This document shows, one piece after another, positions 49,514 to 61,044 of a DNA stretch of 64,000 nt (its first letter is position 1; each line of letters starts with the position of its first letter). The notes beneath the pieces were generated by a model. That model did not search any database. It was not told the origin of the DNA and was given only the letters and a program-made list of their open reading frames with translations. A program made the translations under genes and the position numbers. The DNA is from an uncultured Clostridia bacterium (GTDB lineage Bacteria > Bacillota > Clostridia > TANB77 > CAG-508): assembly GCA_948524275.1 (NCBI GenBank), contig CAOSLI010000004.1, positions 16,106-80,105 on the forward strand, read 5' to 3'.

Positions 49514-50626
49514 CTATTCATCTATAAAAATTGCTCTTTGTCTTCTTCCACTTATATTTAAAAGTAATGCTATCATGATAAAATTACTTAGCATTGAACT
49601 TCCACCATAACTTACAAATGGTAATGGTACGCCTGTGATTGGTAATAGTCCCATTGTCATTCCAATATTCTCTACCATATGAAAGAAGAAAATTCCTGAA
49701 ATTCCTGCTGCTATTAGTGACCCCAGTTCATCTTTTGCTGTTTTTGCAACATATAATGACTTTGTTATAAGTACTACATAAAGTATTATTATTGCTGCAG
49801 CTGCAATAAATCCCATTTCTTCTCCAATTACTGAAAATATAAAGTCTGTTGATTTTGGATATAGAAATCCAAGCTGTGTTTGATTTCCTTTTAACAGTCC
49901 CATTCCAACTAGTTCTCCTGCTCCAATTGCAATCTTTGATTGTGTTAAATTGTATCCTGATCCTCTTGGATCTAAATCAGGATTCAAAAATACGTCTATC
50001 CTCTTTTTTGCATGTTCTGGAAGAACATACATATATAGTAGTGGAACTGCTATGACTATTAATAATACTGTAACTATTATATATCTTTTATCTATTCCTG
50101 CACAAAAAAGCATAAATAAAAATGCTAGCATAAACGCTATTGCAGTTCCATAATCTGGTTGCTTTACAATAAGTAATAATGGTACTCCAATGATTAAAAA
50201 TAATATAAGTAGCCTTGTTGGTTTATTTATTGCTTTTGAATTTCTTTTCTTTATTCTTGACATTATTAATGCTAAGAACACAATAACAATAATTTTACTA
50301 AATTCTGAAGGCTGAATAGATATTGCGTTTTTTATAGTAAACCAACTTGTCGCTCCTGATATTGGCTTAGTAAAGAGTACTGCAATAAGGCTTATAATTG
50401 CTATTACATAAAATATCGGTGATGCTTTTGCAATTGTATCATAATCTATTAATGTAAACATTATTAATAAAGGTATGCTTACTGCAATCCACAATATTTG
50501 CTTTTTAAATTCTTCATATCCACTATTAGCAGTAGCCGAATATATAGCAAATAATCCTATTATTACTAATAGGATTGTGCATATTAATATAGACCATTCT
50601 ATATTTTTCGCAATTCTCTTTTTCAT
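49514..50626 (-). CDS. rodA: Peptidoglycan glycosyltransferase RodA (FtsW/RodA/SpoVE family)
   Basis: 370 aa polytopic protein with QPSEFSKI and PLPFVSYGGSS. It follows minD-minE, as is usual in clostridia. Confidence 0.8.
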   Translation of the reverse strand: MKKRIAKNIEWSILICTILLVIIGLFAIYSATANSGYEEFKKQILWIAVSIPLLIMFTLIDYDTIAKASPIFYVIAIISLIAVLFTKPISGATSWFTIKNAISIQPSEFSKIIVIVFLALIMSRIKKRNSKAINKPTRLLILFLIIGVPLLLIVKQPDYGTAIAFMLAFLFMLFCAGIDKRYIIVTVLLIVIAVPLLYMYVLPEHAKKRIDVFLNPDLDPRGSGYNLTQSKIAIGAGELVGMGLLKGNQTQLGFLYPKSTDFIFSVIGEEMGFIAAAAIIILYVVLITKSLYVAKTAKDELGSLIAAGISGIFFFHMVENIGMTMGLLPITGVPLPFVSYGGSSMLSNFIMIALLLNISGRRQRAIFIDE

Positions 50627-50658
50627 TTTTCTCCTTTTTATTTGCTAGCTTCCTTTGT

Positions 50659-51276
50659 TTATTTCTTCTTTTTCTTGTTATTCTTCTTTTTATTATTTGG
50701 CTTTACTACTTGATAAGTCTTATCATTAGATGAATTATTTAAATTTGTGTTACTATTTTCCTTTTTATTATCTTCTTTATTGTCTTTTTTGTCTGTATTA
50801 GTAGATTTTTCACTATCAGTCTTTTTTTCTTCTACAACTTTATTATTATCTTCTTTATCATTATTATTCTCATTAGGCTTGTTTTCATCATCTTTTTCAG
50901 ATTTCTTTTCTTCTAACTTTTTGCTATCCTCTTTGCTTTTTTCTATTTCAATTTTTCCATTTACTTTTCTAGTTTCATCTTTGATACTTACTATAGGAAT
51001 ATTGGCATATAGAGCAGGTGCTCCTGTTGTTCCATCACTATTTTGTTGATTAGTTAATTTAACATCAATTGCATTTTCATCTACATCTATATATTTTTTA
51101 ATTACATCAATAATTTCTTGTTTCATCATATCAAGAAAATCAGCGGACACATTAGCTCTATCTTGCATAAGTACTAAATGCAATCTTTCCTTTGCTGTAT
51201 CTTTATTTTTCTTAGCTTCGCTAATTTCTTCCTTTTTTCCTAACTTTTTGAAACGATTTATAATGTTCTCAAACAT
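50659..51276 (-). CDS. minE: Cell division topological specificity factor MinE with ~115-aa K/N/D/E-rich C-terminal extension
   Basis: From the ATG at 51276 (RBS GGAGGAAG): MFENIINRFKKLG...AKERLHLVLMQDRANVSADFLDMMKQEIIDVIKKYIDVD, which is the MinE core, followed by a low-complexity tail. Confidence 0.85.
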   Translation of the reverse strand: MFENIINRFKKLGKKEEISEAKKNKDTAKERLHLVLMQDRANVSADFLDMMKQEIIDVIKKYIDVDENAIDVKLTNQQNSDGTTGAPALYANIPIVSIKDETRKVNGKIEIEKSKEDSKKLEEKKSEKDDENKPNENNNDKEDNNKVVEEKKTDSEKSTNTDKKDNKEDNKKENSNTNLNNSSNDKTYQVVKPNNKKKNNKKKKK

Positions 51277-51298
51277 GTTACTTCCTCCAACCATATTC

Positions 51299-52090
51299 TT
51301 ATTTTTTAGATTTTTTAAATCTACTCCAGAAACCTTCCTTTTTTCTTCCTGGTATTGTAACTTCAATATTTTCGCCTAGTATTCTTCTAGCTATCTCTAC
51401 ATAAGCTTTTCCTGATGGTGCCTTTTTATTAGATACTGCTGGCTCTCCCTTATTGGTTTGTGTAATTATATTTTCATCTTCTGGAACTACACCTATAAGA
51501 TCAATTGATAGCAAGTCCAAAATATCTTCTACGTCCATCATTTCACCCTTTTTAACCATCTCTGGTCTAAGTCTATTAATGATTAATTCTGGATTTTTTA
51601 TTTCTGAGGCTTCTAATAAACCTATAATTCTATCTGCATCACGAATTGATGATATCTCTGCATTAGTGACTACAACAGCTCTATCTGCTCCAGCTATTGC
51701 ATTTTTAAATCCTTGTTCTATTCCTGCAGGACAGTCTATTAAAATAAAGTCAAACTCTTCCTTTAGTTTAGTTGTTAAATCTCTCATTTGCTCTTCATCA
51801 ACTGCACTCTTATCTCTTGTTTGAGCTGCTGGTAACAAAAATAAATCAGTAAATCGCTTGTCCTTTATTAAAGCCTGTCTTAATTTACACTTGTTTTCAA
51901 CAACATCTACTATATCATAAACTATTCTATTTTCTAATCCCATTACAACATCAAGGTTTCTAAGCCCTATATCTGTATCTACAAGTACGACTTTCTTTCC
52001 TTTTAATGCTAATGCGGCACCTAAATTTGCAGTAGTAGTAGTCTTTCCAACACCACCTTTACCTGATGTTATGACTATAACTTCCCCCAT
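51299..52090 (-). CDS. minD: Septum site-determining ATPase MinD
   Basis: MGEVIVITSGKGGVGKTTTTANLG. I chose the ATG at 52090 (RBS GGAGGAAG) over the track start at 52126. Confidence 0.95.
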   Translation of the reverse strand: MGEVIVITSGKGGVGKTTTTANLGAALALKGKKVVLVDTDIGLRNLDVVMGLENRIVYDIVDVVENKCKLRQALIKDKRFTDLFLLPAAQTRDKSAVDEEQMRDLTTKLKEEFDFILIDCPAGIEQGFKNAIAGADRAVVVTNAEISSIRDADRIIGLLEASEIKNPELIINRLRPEMVKKGEMMDVEDILDLLSIDLIGVVPEDENIITQTNKGEPAVSNKKAPSGKAYVEIARRILGENIEVTIPGRKKEGFWSRFKKSKK

Positions 52091-52335
52091 AACTTCCTCC
52101 TTATGTTTTCGGTTTACACAATACATTTATATTATATTTATATTTTTTTTAAATGTCAATGTAAAATTACAATTTTGTTACAAATATGTTACGATTTTGT
52201 TTAATTTTATTTTTAATATCTAATAAACGCCAAAAAATAGCTTATTTTTAAAGAACAAAAAAGATTGCCCAAAAGATTTATTTTATTAAACTTTGGCAAT
52301 CTTTTTACATTTTATGTTATCTTTATCATTAGATT

Positions 52336-54053
<1,718 letters not shown>

Positions 54054-54061
54054 TGACTTTT

Positions 54062-54346
<285 letters not shown>

Positions 54347-54441
54347 TCATTCCTCCTTTAGATTAACTTTAAGTACAATATATGTCATTTTAAATATATG
54401 CTAGTTTTTTATATAATAGTAAATTTCTTAAGGTAATTTCA

Positions 54442-54468
54442 TTAGCACTCTTTCTTAATGACTGCTAA
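54442..54468. promoter_or_regulatory. CIRCE operator (HrcA binding site) upstream of groES
   Basis: TTAGCACTC-N9-GACTGCTAA against the consensus TTAGCACTC-N9-GAGTGCTAA (one mismatch). A TTGACA -35 box (minus strand, 54498-54493) lies just upstream. Confidence 0.85.
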
Positions 54469-54537
54469 TAATTTATAACTTTTTTTAGCAAATGTCAATA
54501 GAGATTGCTAATTTTCACAAAATATTCACATAATTAA

Positions 54538-54574
54538 AAGATAAAAAGACCAAAAGTTTTACCTTCTAGTCTTT
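54538..54574 (-). terminator. Terminator of the SpoIIID-like island e gene
   Basis: AAAGACCAAAAG / CTTCTAGTCTTT hairpin (10 of 12 paired) followed by TTTTATCTTTT on the minus strand. Confidence 0.55.
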
Positions 54575-54632
54575 TCATATTCCCAAGCTCCAATTTTGTA
54601 TTTTAGTACTCGCTATTCCTTAACGTTTCCTG

Positions 54633-54860
54633 CTATCGCCGTATAAATTCCCTTGCGCGATTTACACTTTCAACCTTATTGTTAGCAAGTAAAGTCTCAA
54701 CTTGATTGTACAGTTCCTTGTTTAACTTGCACAAGCGCTCAGTAATCCATTTGTGTATTGTTGTTTTGCCTTTTCCATAATAATCGGCTGTCTGCCGAAT
54801 TGTTGCATTTTCGCTTATCATATAACGCGCCATTTCAAGGACTTCGCTATCTTTTACCAT
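54633..54860 (-). CDS. SpoIIID-like helix-turn-helix protein, 75 aa (GC-richer island e)
   Basis: MVKDSEVLEMARYMISENATIRQTADYYGKGKTTIHKWITERL parallels the SpoIIID pattern (TVR.AAKKFGVSKSTVHKDVSERL) seen in the canonical copy at 58090-58350. The ATG at 54860 follows AGGAGG. Two in-frame CGG codons. Confidence 0.6.
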   Translation of the reverse strand: MVKDSEVLEMARYMISENATIRQTADYYGKGKTTIHKWITERLCKLNKELYNQVETLLANNKVESVNRAREFIRR

Positions 54861-55056
54861 ATTAATTCCTCCTATTGGTTTGAAATTTACATTTGAGCTT
54901 TGGAAAATTTTTGACAATAATTATTGCCATTTTACTTTTTCTGCAACATTTTTGTCATAATTATTATATCATATATAGGCTAAAAAGTCCACCAAATTGG
55001 CAAAACTGCTCTCTCAAAATGTACAACTTATAATCAATGTTAAATTAATCAGTTTA

Positions 55057-55416
55057 CTATACCACTCTTGCCCCAAAAGGTGCTAAGGATAATTTTGCAA
55101 TTTTAAAGAATTGAACTCCAAATGGAATACCTACTATTGTTATGCACCATATACAGCCAAACAATAAATTTTCGAGTGCCATTGGAATCCCAAAGAAAAT
55201 AATCCATATTACATTTGCAATTACTGATGGTATTCCTCCTCCATATTCGACATCTTTGCCAAATGGTGCAAATGATAAAGATGCAAATTTAAAACATTGT
55301 TTTCCATAAGGGATTCCTATTATCGTAATACACCAAATAAGACCTGATATACACCAAGAAATTCCACTAAAAAAGCCTCCAAATATAAACCATAATATAT
55401 TACCTAAAATGCTCAT
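55057..55416 (-). CDS. YccF-domain inner membrane protein
   Basis: Two repeats of ..GNILWFIFGG....W...G...CITI(I/V)GIP(Y/F)G.Q.FK.A.LS.APFG. I chose the ATG at 55416 after AAGGAGGA. Confidence 0.75.
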   Translation of the reverse strand: MSILGNILWFIFGGFFSGISWCISGLIWCITIIGIPYGKQCFKFASLSFAPFGKDVEYGGGIPSVIANVIWIIFFGIPMALENLLFGCIWCITIVGIPFGVQFFKIAKLSLAPFGARVV

Positions 55417-55627
55417 ACCCATTCCTCCTTTTAATGATTTTTTGTTTTTCCAATAGGTAGCCAAGAATTAATTATTGCAACCAATTTTGTTAAAATTGTA
55501 TATTTCAGTCCAATATTATTATAAAATATTCTTTTCTTAGTTCCTATCGATTCTTATTACATTAATCTTACAGTTTCGTAAGACTATGAATAAATACTTT
55601 ATCTGCCATTCTTATTGTAATTTTTAG

Positions 55628-56146
55628 TTATCTATTTTTTATATAATTTAATATTTTAGTTGTAAATGGATTGAATATTAAATACATTATATATCCAATA
55701 ATTCCGCCTAATACATTAGTTATTAAATCAGTTATATCTGATGACCTAAAACCATTTATTAAAGGTTGTAGTATTTCTATACTTAGACTCAATAAAAAAG
55801 TATAGAAAACAACTTTTAATAATTTAGTATTTTCTTTTTTTATTAAAGGTAATAAAAATCCAAAAGGAATTGTCATTATAATATTTAATCCTACCTGTCT
55901 AGCAAAATCTCCTCTGCCAAAAGTAACATCAATAAAGGGTACTAAATTCATTGGATTATATGGGTGATTAAATATAAATGGTAAAGATGTTATTATGGGC
56001 ATTAAAGTAAAATATAATACAAATGATAAATATATATACATTATGGTGTTTACAAGTAGTACATCTTTTCCTTGTGATTTCCATTTCTTATAAAATATAA
56101 ATATATATATAACTATTAAAACAATGAAATCTATTATTTCTTTCAC
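55628..56146 (-). CDS. VanZ-family membrane protein
   Basis: 172 aa with 4-5 TM segments. NIIMTIPFGFLLP and SSDITDLITNVLGGIIGY resemble the VanZ family. Confidence 0.6.
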   Translation of the reverse strand: MKEIIDFIVLIVIYIFIFYKKWKSQGKDVLLVNTIMYIYLSFVLYFTLMPIITSLPFIFNHPYNPMNLVPFIDVTFGRGDFARQVGLNIIMTIPFGFLLPLIKKENTKLLKVVFYTFLLSLSIEILQPLINGFRSSDITDLITNVLGGIIGYIMYLIFNPFTTKILNYIKNR

Positions 56147-56307
56147 AATTATCTCCTCGACAACTTACTAATTATCGCTCTCATTATAACATTATTTGTA
56201 AAAAAAGTATATGAAAATAGTCAAAAAATAATAAGCCCGAAAAGTATTTTGTAAACTTTTTTGACTTATTATTCCATTTTAATATTTTTAAAGATAAACT
56301 TTTATCT

Positions 56308-57915
56308 CTATTTTTTAAGTTCTTTAGCCTTTTTAACTAATTCTACAAATAAGGCTCCAGGTCTGTCTGGTCTAGATTTAAATTCTGGATGGAATTGACC
56401 TGCTACAAAGAATGGATGATCTTTTATCTCTACAATTTCTACTAGGCTTCCATCTGGTGATGTTCCCACAATATCAAGTCCTGCTTCTTCCATAGCTTCT
56501 CTATATTCATTATTATATTCAAATCTATGTCTATGTCTTTCTGATATTTCTGCTTGTCCATAAATTTTTCTAGCATAACTTCCCTCTTTTAATACGCATG
56601 GGTATGCACCTAGTCTCATTGTTCCACCTTTTTTGTAAATACCCTTTTGATTTTCCATTATATGAATTACAGGATTTTTGCACTCTGAGTCAAATTCTTC
56701 TGAATTTACATCTTCTAATTTTAATACATTTTTTGCAAATTCTATAACTGTCATTTGCATTCCAAGACATATTCCTAAGAATGGTATTTTATTTTCTCTA
56801 ACATATTTTATAGTCTCTATCATTCCGTCAATTCCTCTTGTACCAAATCCTCCTGGAACTACTACTCCATTTATGTCTTTAAATATCTCCTTAACATTTT
56901 TGCTTGTGACTGTTTCACTATCAATAAATTTGATTCTTGCTTTTACATCATTTGCATATCCTGCATGATATAAGCTTTCTACAACTGATAAATATGAATC
57001 TTCTAGCTTTACATATTTTCCCACTATTCCTATATTTACAATATTGTCCTCATTAATTGCTTTAATTTTATCAACCATTTTAGCCCATTTTTCATTTTGA
57101 GGTTCTTTATGTTCTAATTCTAATTTTTTGCATATTACATTTCCTAGTCCCTCGTCTTCAAGCATTAGAGGCACTTCATATAAGTTACTTACTGTTGCAT
57201 TTACTATAACATTTTCTGGTCTAACATTACAAAATAATGCAATCTTTTCCTTCATTTTACTTGGAACTTCTGCATCTGCTCTACATACTAATATATCTGG
57301 ATTTATTCCTATTGATTGTAATTCTTTTACTGAATGTTGTGTTGGCTTTGTTTTTAATTCGTTTGAACCGCTTATATATGGAAGAAGTGTGACATGTATA
57401 AATGCACATTTATTTTCTGGTTGTTCTAAACCTATTTGTCTAATTGCTTCAAGCATTGGCTGACTTTCTATGTCTCCTACTGTTCCACCTATTTCAGTTA
57501 TAACTATATCTACATCTGTGTTTTCAAAATTATATACTTTTTGTTTTATAGCATCAGTTATGTGTGGGATTACTTGTACTGTTTTTCCAAGATAGTCACC
57601 TCTTCTTTCTCTTTCAATTACTTCTTTATAAATTTTCCCGCTTGTAATGCTTGAATCTGCACTTAAATTCTCATCAGTAAATCTTTCATAATGTCCTAAG
57701 TCTAAGTCAGTTTCTGCTCCATCCTCAGTTACAAATACTTCTCCATGTTCATATGGACTCATTGTCCCTGGATCAACGTTTATATAAGGGTCTAACTTTT
57801 GATTAGCAACCTTATATCCTCTATTTTTTAGTAATCTTCCAAGTGACGCTGCTGTTATACCCTTTCCAAGCCCAGATACAACTCCTCCTGTTACAAATAT
57901 AAATTTTGTTTCCAT
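56308..57915 (-). CDS. pyrG: CTP synthase
   Basis: 535 aa with KFIFVTGGVVSGLGKGITAASLG, a GICLGMQ glutaminase Cys, and HRHRFE. Confidence 0.97.
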   Translation of the reverse strand: METKFIFVTGGVVSGLGKGITAASLGRLLKNRGYKVANQKLDPYINVDPGTMSPYEHGEVFVTEDGAETDLDLGHYERFTDENLSADSSITSGKIYKEVIERERRGDYLGKTVQVIPHITDAIKQKVYNFENTDVDIVITEIGGTVGDIESQPMLEAIRQIGLEQPENKCAFIHVTLLPYISGSNELKTKPTQHSVKELQSIGINPDILVCRADAEVPSKMKEKIALFCNVRPENVIVNATVSNLYEVPLMLEDEGLGNVICKKLELEHKEPQNEKWAKMVDKIKAINEDNIVNIGIVGKYVKLEDSYLSVVESLYHAGYANDVKARIKFIDSETVTSKNVKEIFKDINGVVVPGGFGTRGIDGMIETIKYVRENKIPFLGICLGMQMTVIEFAKNVLKLEDVNSEEFDSECKNPVIHIMENQKGIYKKGGTMRLGAYPCVLKEGSYARKIYGQAEISERHRHRFEYNNEYREAMEEAGLDIVGTSPDGSLVEIVEIKDHPFFVAGQFHPEFKSRPDRPGALFVELVKKAKELKK

Positions 57916-57924
57916 ATTTCTTCC

Positions 57925-57977
57925 TCCAAAAACAAAAATAGACCCTTAAAAAAGTGTTTTTTTTTAGGTCTATTTTT
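57925..57977 (-). promoter_or_regulatory. Intrinsic terminator in the pyrG 5' leader (candidate attenuator)
   Basis: The minus strand reads AAAAATAGACC-N21-GGTCTATTTTT followed by GTTTTTGG, immediately 5' of the pyrG RBS. Confidence 0.5.
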
Positions 57978-58089
57978 ATACCTCAAAAATTTCTATAATT
58001 ATATTATCATGACTATTAAAATTTTTCAAGTAGTTTTTTAAATTTTTCTTAAATTAAATAGGAATTTTTGTCGCCTATTTTTGCTGTTC

Positions 58090-58350
58090 TTAATATTGAT
58101 GCATTTTTATGTATTTTAATTTTGTTGCCATACCGCCTCTTATATGTCTCTCAGCTTTATTTTCATCAAGTACTTTTCTAACTTCTTCATACATAAACGG
58201 ACTTAATTCTTTCAGTCTTTCAGAAACATCTTTATGTACTGTGCTTTTACTTACGCCAAATTTCTTAGCAGCGCCTCTTACTGTATCTTTAGTATCTATT
58301 ATATACTGTGCGAGTGAAAGTACACGTTTTTCTACCCAATCGTCCTTCAT
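58090..58350 (-). CDS. spoIIID: Stage III sporulation transcriptional regulator SpoIIID
   Basis: MKDDWVEKRVLSLAQYIIDTKDTVRGAAKKFGVSKSTVHKDVSERLKE...HIRGGMATKLKY. The ATG at 58350 follows GGGGAGG. Confidence 0.9.
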   Translation of the reverse strand: MKDDWVEKRVLSLAQYIIDTKDTVRGAAKKFGVSKSTVHKDVSERLKELSPFMYEEVRKVLDENKAERHIRGGMATKLKYIKMHQY

Positions 58351-58443
58351 ATAAGTCCTCCCCAAGTAAATACTTTTGGTTAATTGTATTCACATAGGAG
58401 TTTTAATAGAACAATACTTAAAATTAAAAATAGAGCATATGCC

Positions 58444-59019
58444 CTATTTTTGTTCTGATATAAATCTATATATTTCTCCCCAGTTTGTCACTTCCTTAAA
58501 TTTTCCTTCTAAATTTAAATGTTTTCTATTAAGAGACTGAAAATATATTGTCCCAATATTTTCTTTATTCATGGCTTCACATATATGGTAGTTATCATCA
58601 ATCATATAATCTATATTTTCTTTTTTGCATACATCTACCTTTTCTGTTTGTCCCCAATAGTATTTATCAAATTGTATATTGCTTTCTTTCAGTTTTATTT
58701 CTGCAACTTCTCTATTGTTTGTTGCTGTGCCTTGGCATCCTCTAGCTGTAACTAGATTTAACTCGTGTCCATCTTTTCTTAATAAGTCAAGCACTTCCTT
58801 TGCCCCTGGCATAAAGTCAAAATTGTCAATTCCAATATATTTATTAAGATATTTATTCATTTCTTCTTCTGTCCAATCATAATCGTTTTGTATTCTAGGT
58901 TCTCCAAGATTTTTCATACTATTTCTTTTTAATTCTATACAATCATAAAGCTCTGCATATACAGCCCATAATGCTTCTGAGTTAAATACAACTCCATCTA
59001 AATCTATTCCAATTTTCAT
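58444..59019 (-). CDS. HAD-superfamily hydrolase, 5'(3')-deoxyribonucleotidase-like
   Basis: MKIGIDLDGVVF (DxDG motif I), LVTAR, IDDN. The ATG at 59019 is preceded by GAGG. Confidence 0.6.
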   Translation of the reverse strand: MKIGIDLDGVVFNSEALWAVYAELYDCIELKRNSMKNLGEPRIQNDYDWTEEEMNKYLNKYIGIDNFDFMPGAKEVLDLLRKDGHELNLVTARGCQGTATNNREVAEIKLKESNIQFDKYYWGQTEKVDVCKKENIDYMIDDNYHICEAMNKENIGTIYFQSLNRKHLNLEGKFKEVTNWGEIYRFISEQK

Positions 59020-59103
59020 TTTGTACCTCTTCCTTGCACTAAAAATTATTTTTTTAGATAATATCATAAGAATTGTTTATATACAATATCTTTTTAGAAT
59101 TAA

Positions 59104-59141
59104 ACAGAAAAAGGAGAGACTTGAAAGCTCAAATCTCTCCC
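59104..59141 (-). terminator. Terminator of island f gene
   Basis: The minus strand reads GGGAGAGATTT-GAGCTTTC-AAGTCTCTCC followed by TTTTTCTGTTT. Confidence 0.7.
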
Positions 59142-59228
59142 AAAAAGTTGTGTGCGTCGGCAGTATTTACTTCAGTTACATTCACATCTTAATTTTGTAA
59201 ACTTCCCAAAGTTATTGCCAAGCCTAGG

Positions 59229-59495
59229 TCATGTCAAACTGGTAATTGTGACTGTCTTTTGAACAGTTTCTTTACCGTCTGCCCCCTTAATCAGCTTGAC
59301 TTCGTGCGACTCCTTTTCGTATCTTGTCTCTCTCGACAGTACTACTTTATCGCCGTCTTCCTCAAGCTTGAAGAGTTTCCGACCGCCATAAGCGGAGTGT
59401 TCGAACACCATAGGATTGTCATCAATCATGAGTTCACTTTCCGTGGTGTTTATCATCTCTTCTCTGACCTGTGCCAACTTTTTCTGCTCGTTCAT
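59229..59495 (-). CDS. Hypothetical protein, 88 aa (GC-richer island f)
   Basis: Intact ORF with its own promoter and terminator. No family recognised. In-frame CGG followed by A (GGT CGG AAA, 59381-59379). Confidence 0.5.
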   Translation of the reverse strand: MNEQKKLAQVREEMINTTESELMIDDNPMVFEHSAYGGRKLFKLEEDGDKVVLSRETRYEKESHEVKLIKGADGKETVQKTVTITSLT

Positions 59496-59542
59496 AGGGT
59501 ACCCCTTTCACTATTGCTGCATGGCCGAATTGCCATATTTTT

Positions 59543-59571
59543 ATGATAACATATTTTATGTCTTTTTACAA
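59543..59571 (-). promoter_or_regulatory. Sigma-A type promoter, island f
   Basis: The minus strand reads TTGTAA (59571-59566), 17-nt spacer, TATCAT (59548-59543). Confidence 0.45.
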
Positions 59572-59720
59572 GGGTTTTCGACACTTTTCTATTTCTTTTG
59601 CAACTAAAAGTTTACATGCTAAAGTAGGTTTTGTAAACTTTTTACATAAATTTTGTAAATTATTTCTATATATGTATAAAAATTTTCTAAGTGGAAATAT
59701 TACATTTAGGTGGTGATATT

Positions 59721-59894
59721 ATGACAAGTAAAGAACTTTTATATGTTGAGGATGCTTTAGGACATGAAAAATTTATGAAATCATGTTCAGCTAAAACATC
59801 TGCTAGCTTATCTGACATAACTTTATCTTCTTATATAGGAGAGTTAGAAAAGAAGCATACAGAATTGTTTGACAAGTTTTTAAAATTATTATAA
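59721..59894 (+). CDS. Small protein preceding CotF-like coat protein gene
   Basis: 57 aa starting MTSKELLYVEDALGHEKF. The ATG at 59721 follows GGTGGTGA. It is paired with the downstream coat-F gene. Confidence 0.5.
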   Translation: MTSKELLYVEDALGHEKFMKSCSAKTSASLSDITLSSYIGELEKKHTELFDKFLKLL

Positions 59895-59910
59895 GAAAGG
59901 ATTTAATTTT

Positions 59911-60156
59911 ATGGAAGATAAAGATTTAATGGAAAATGAACTTTTAGTAATTAAAGGTGTTTGTGATTTATATCTTCATGGTACAATAGAATCAACAACT
60001 GCAGAAGTTCATGAAGCATTTAAGTGTGCTCTAAACGAATCATTAGACATACAAAACAAATTGTATAATCTAATGTCTGAAAAAGGTTGGTACAAAACAG
60101 ACACAGCAGATCAAACAAAAATTGACGCTGCTAAACAAAAATTTTCTAATATGTAA
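59911..60156 (+). CDS. Spore coat protein, Coat F domain
   Basis: 81 aa. DLMENELLVIKGVCDLYLHGTIESTTAEVHEAFKCALNESLDIQNKLYNLMSEKGWY fits the Coat_F pattern. Confidence 0.65.
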   Translation: MEDKDLMENELLVIKGVCDLYLHGTIESTTAEVHEAFKCALNESLDIQNKLYNLMSEKGWYKTDTADQTKIDAAKQKFSNM

Positions 60157-60228
60157 TTTAAAAGTCGTAAAGCTCAAATTAGCTTTACGATTTTTCTTTA
60201 TTATATTAGATTTCTAGAGATTTTACAT

Positions 60229-60936
60229 TTACTCTTGCTCACATGCAATTAGTGCTTTTATCTTTATTCCTTGCTCTTTAAACATTTTCTCATGTTCAGT
60301 TTCAATATTTTCTTCACCATTCCAAAACTTGCTTTCACTTGCCAAATCATAACTAATCTTATTTATTTTAAATCTGCTTCTTTCAAAATACTTTAATGAA
60401 TCATCAAATAATTCATCATCATCTGTTTTAAAGAAAATATCTCCTTTTAAAAACTTTTTATACATCTCTAATTGTCTTTCATGTGTAAGTCTTTTCTTAT
60501 GATGTTTACCTCTTGGCCATGGATTACAAAAATTAACATATATTCTTTTAATTTCATCTTCTTCTCCAAATATATCATTAATTCTAGCTATATCATACCT
60601 TGTAAGTTTAAGATTTTTGACAATCTTTTGCTTTTCTATCTCATTTTCGATATGCTCTGCAACAGTTGATTCTCTTATTCCATATTCCGCTTCTACATTT
60701 CTCTTTGCCATTCCAAGCATAGCATCAACTAAATCAATTGCAATGTAATTTTTGTCTTGATTTTGTTTAGATAATTTAGCTATAAAATTTCCTTTTCCAC
60801 AACCTAACTCTAAATGCAAATCTTGCTGCTTTTCAAATACTGTTTTCCACTTATTTTTATATTCTTGTGGATTATCTATGTAAAATGGGCTCGTTTCTAA
60901 TTCTTCCCTTGCCCATGGCTTAAACTTCATTCTCAT
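60229..60936 (-). CDS. trmB: tRNA (guanine46-N7)-methyltransferase
   Basis: MRMKFKPWAREEL..., LELGCGKGNF, FCNPWPRGKHHKKRL. Confidence 0.88.
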   Translation of the reverse strand: MRMKFKPWAREELETSPFYIDNPQEYKNKWKTVFEKQQDLHLELGCGKGNFIAKLSKQNQDKNYIAIDLVDAMLGMAKRNVEAEYGIRESTVAEHIENEIEKQKIVKNLKLTRYDIARINDIFGEEDEIKRIYVNFCNPWPRGKHHKKRLTHERQLEMYKKFLKGDIFFKTDDDELFDDSLKYFERSRFKINKISYDLASESKFWNGEENIETEHEKMFKEQGIKIKALIACEQE

Positions 60937-61044
60937 GTTGTACATTACTCCTTTTTCAATTATCAGTAATTATAACATTTCTTTTTGAAAAAGTATAGTT
61001 TATTACGCAAAAAACTGCCTACTACAAGGTAAGCAGTTTCTCTC

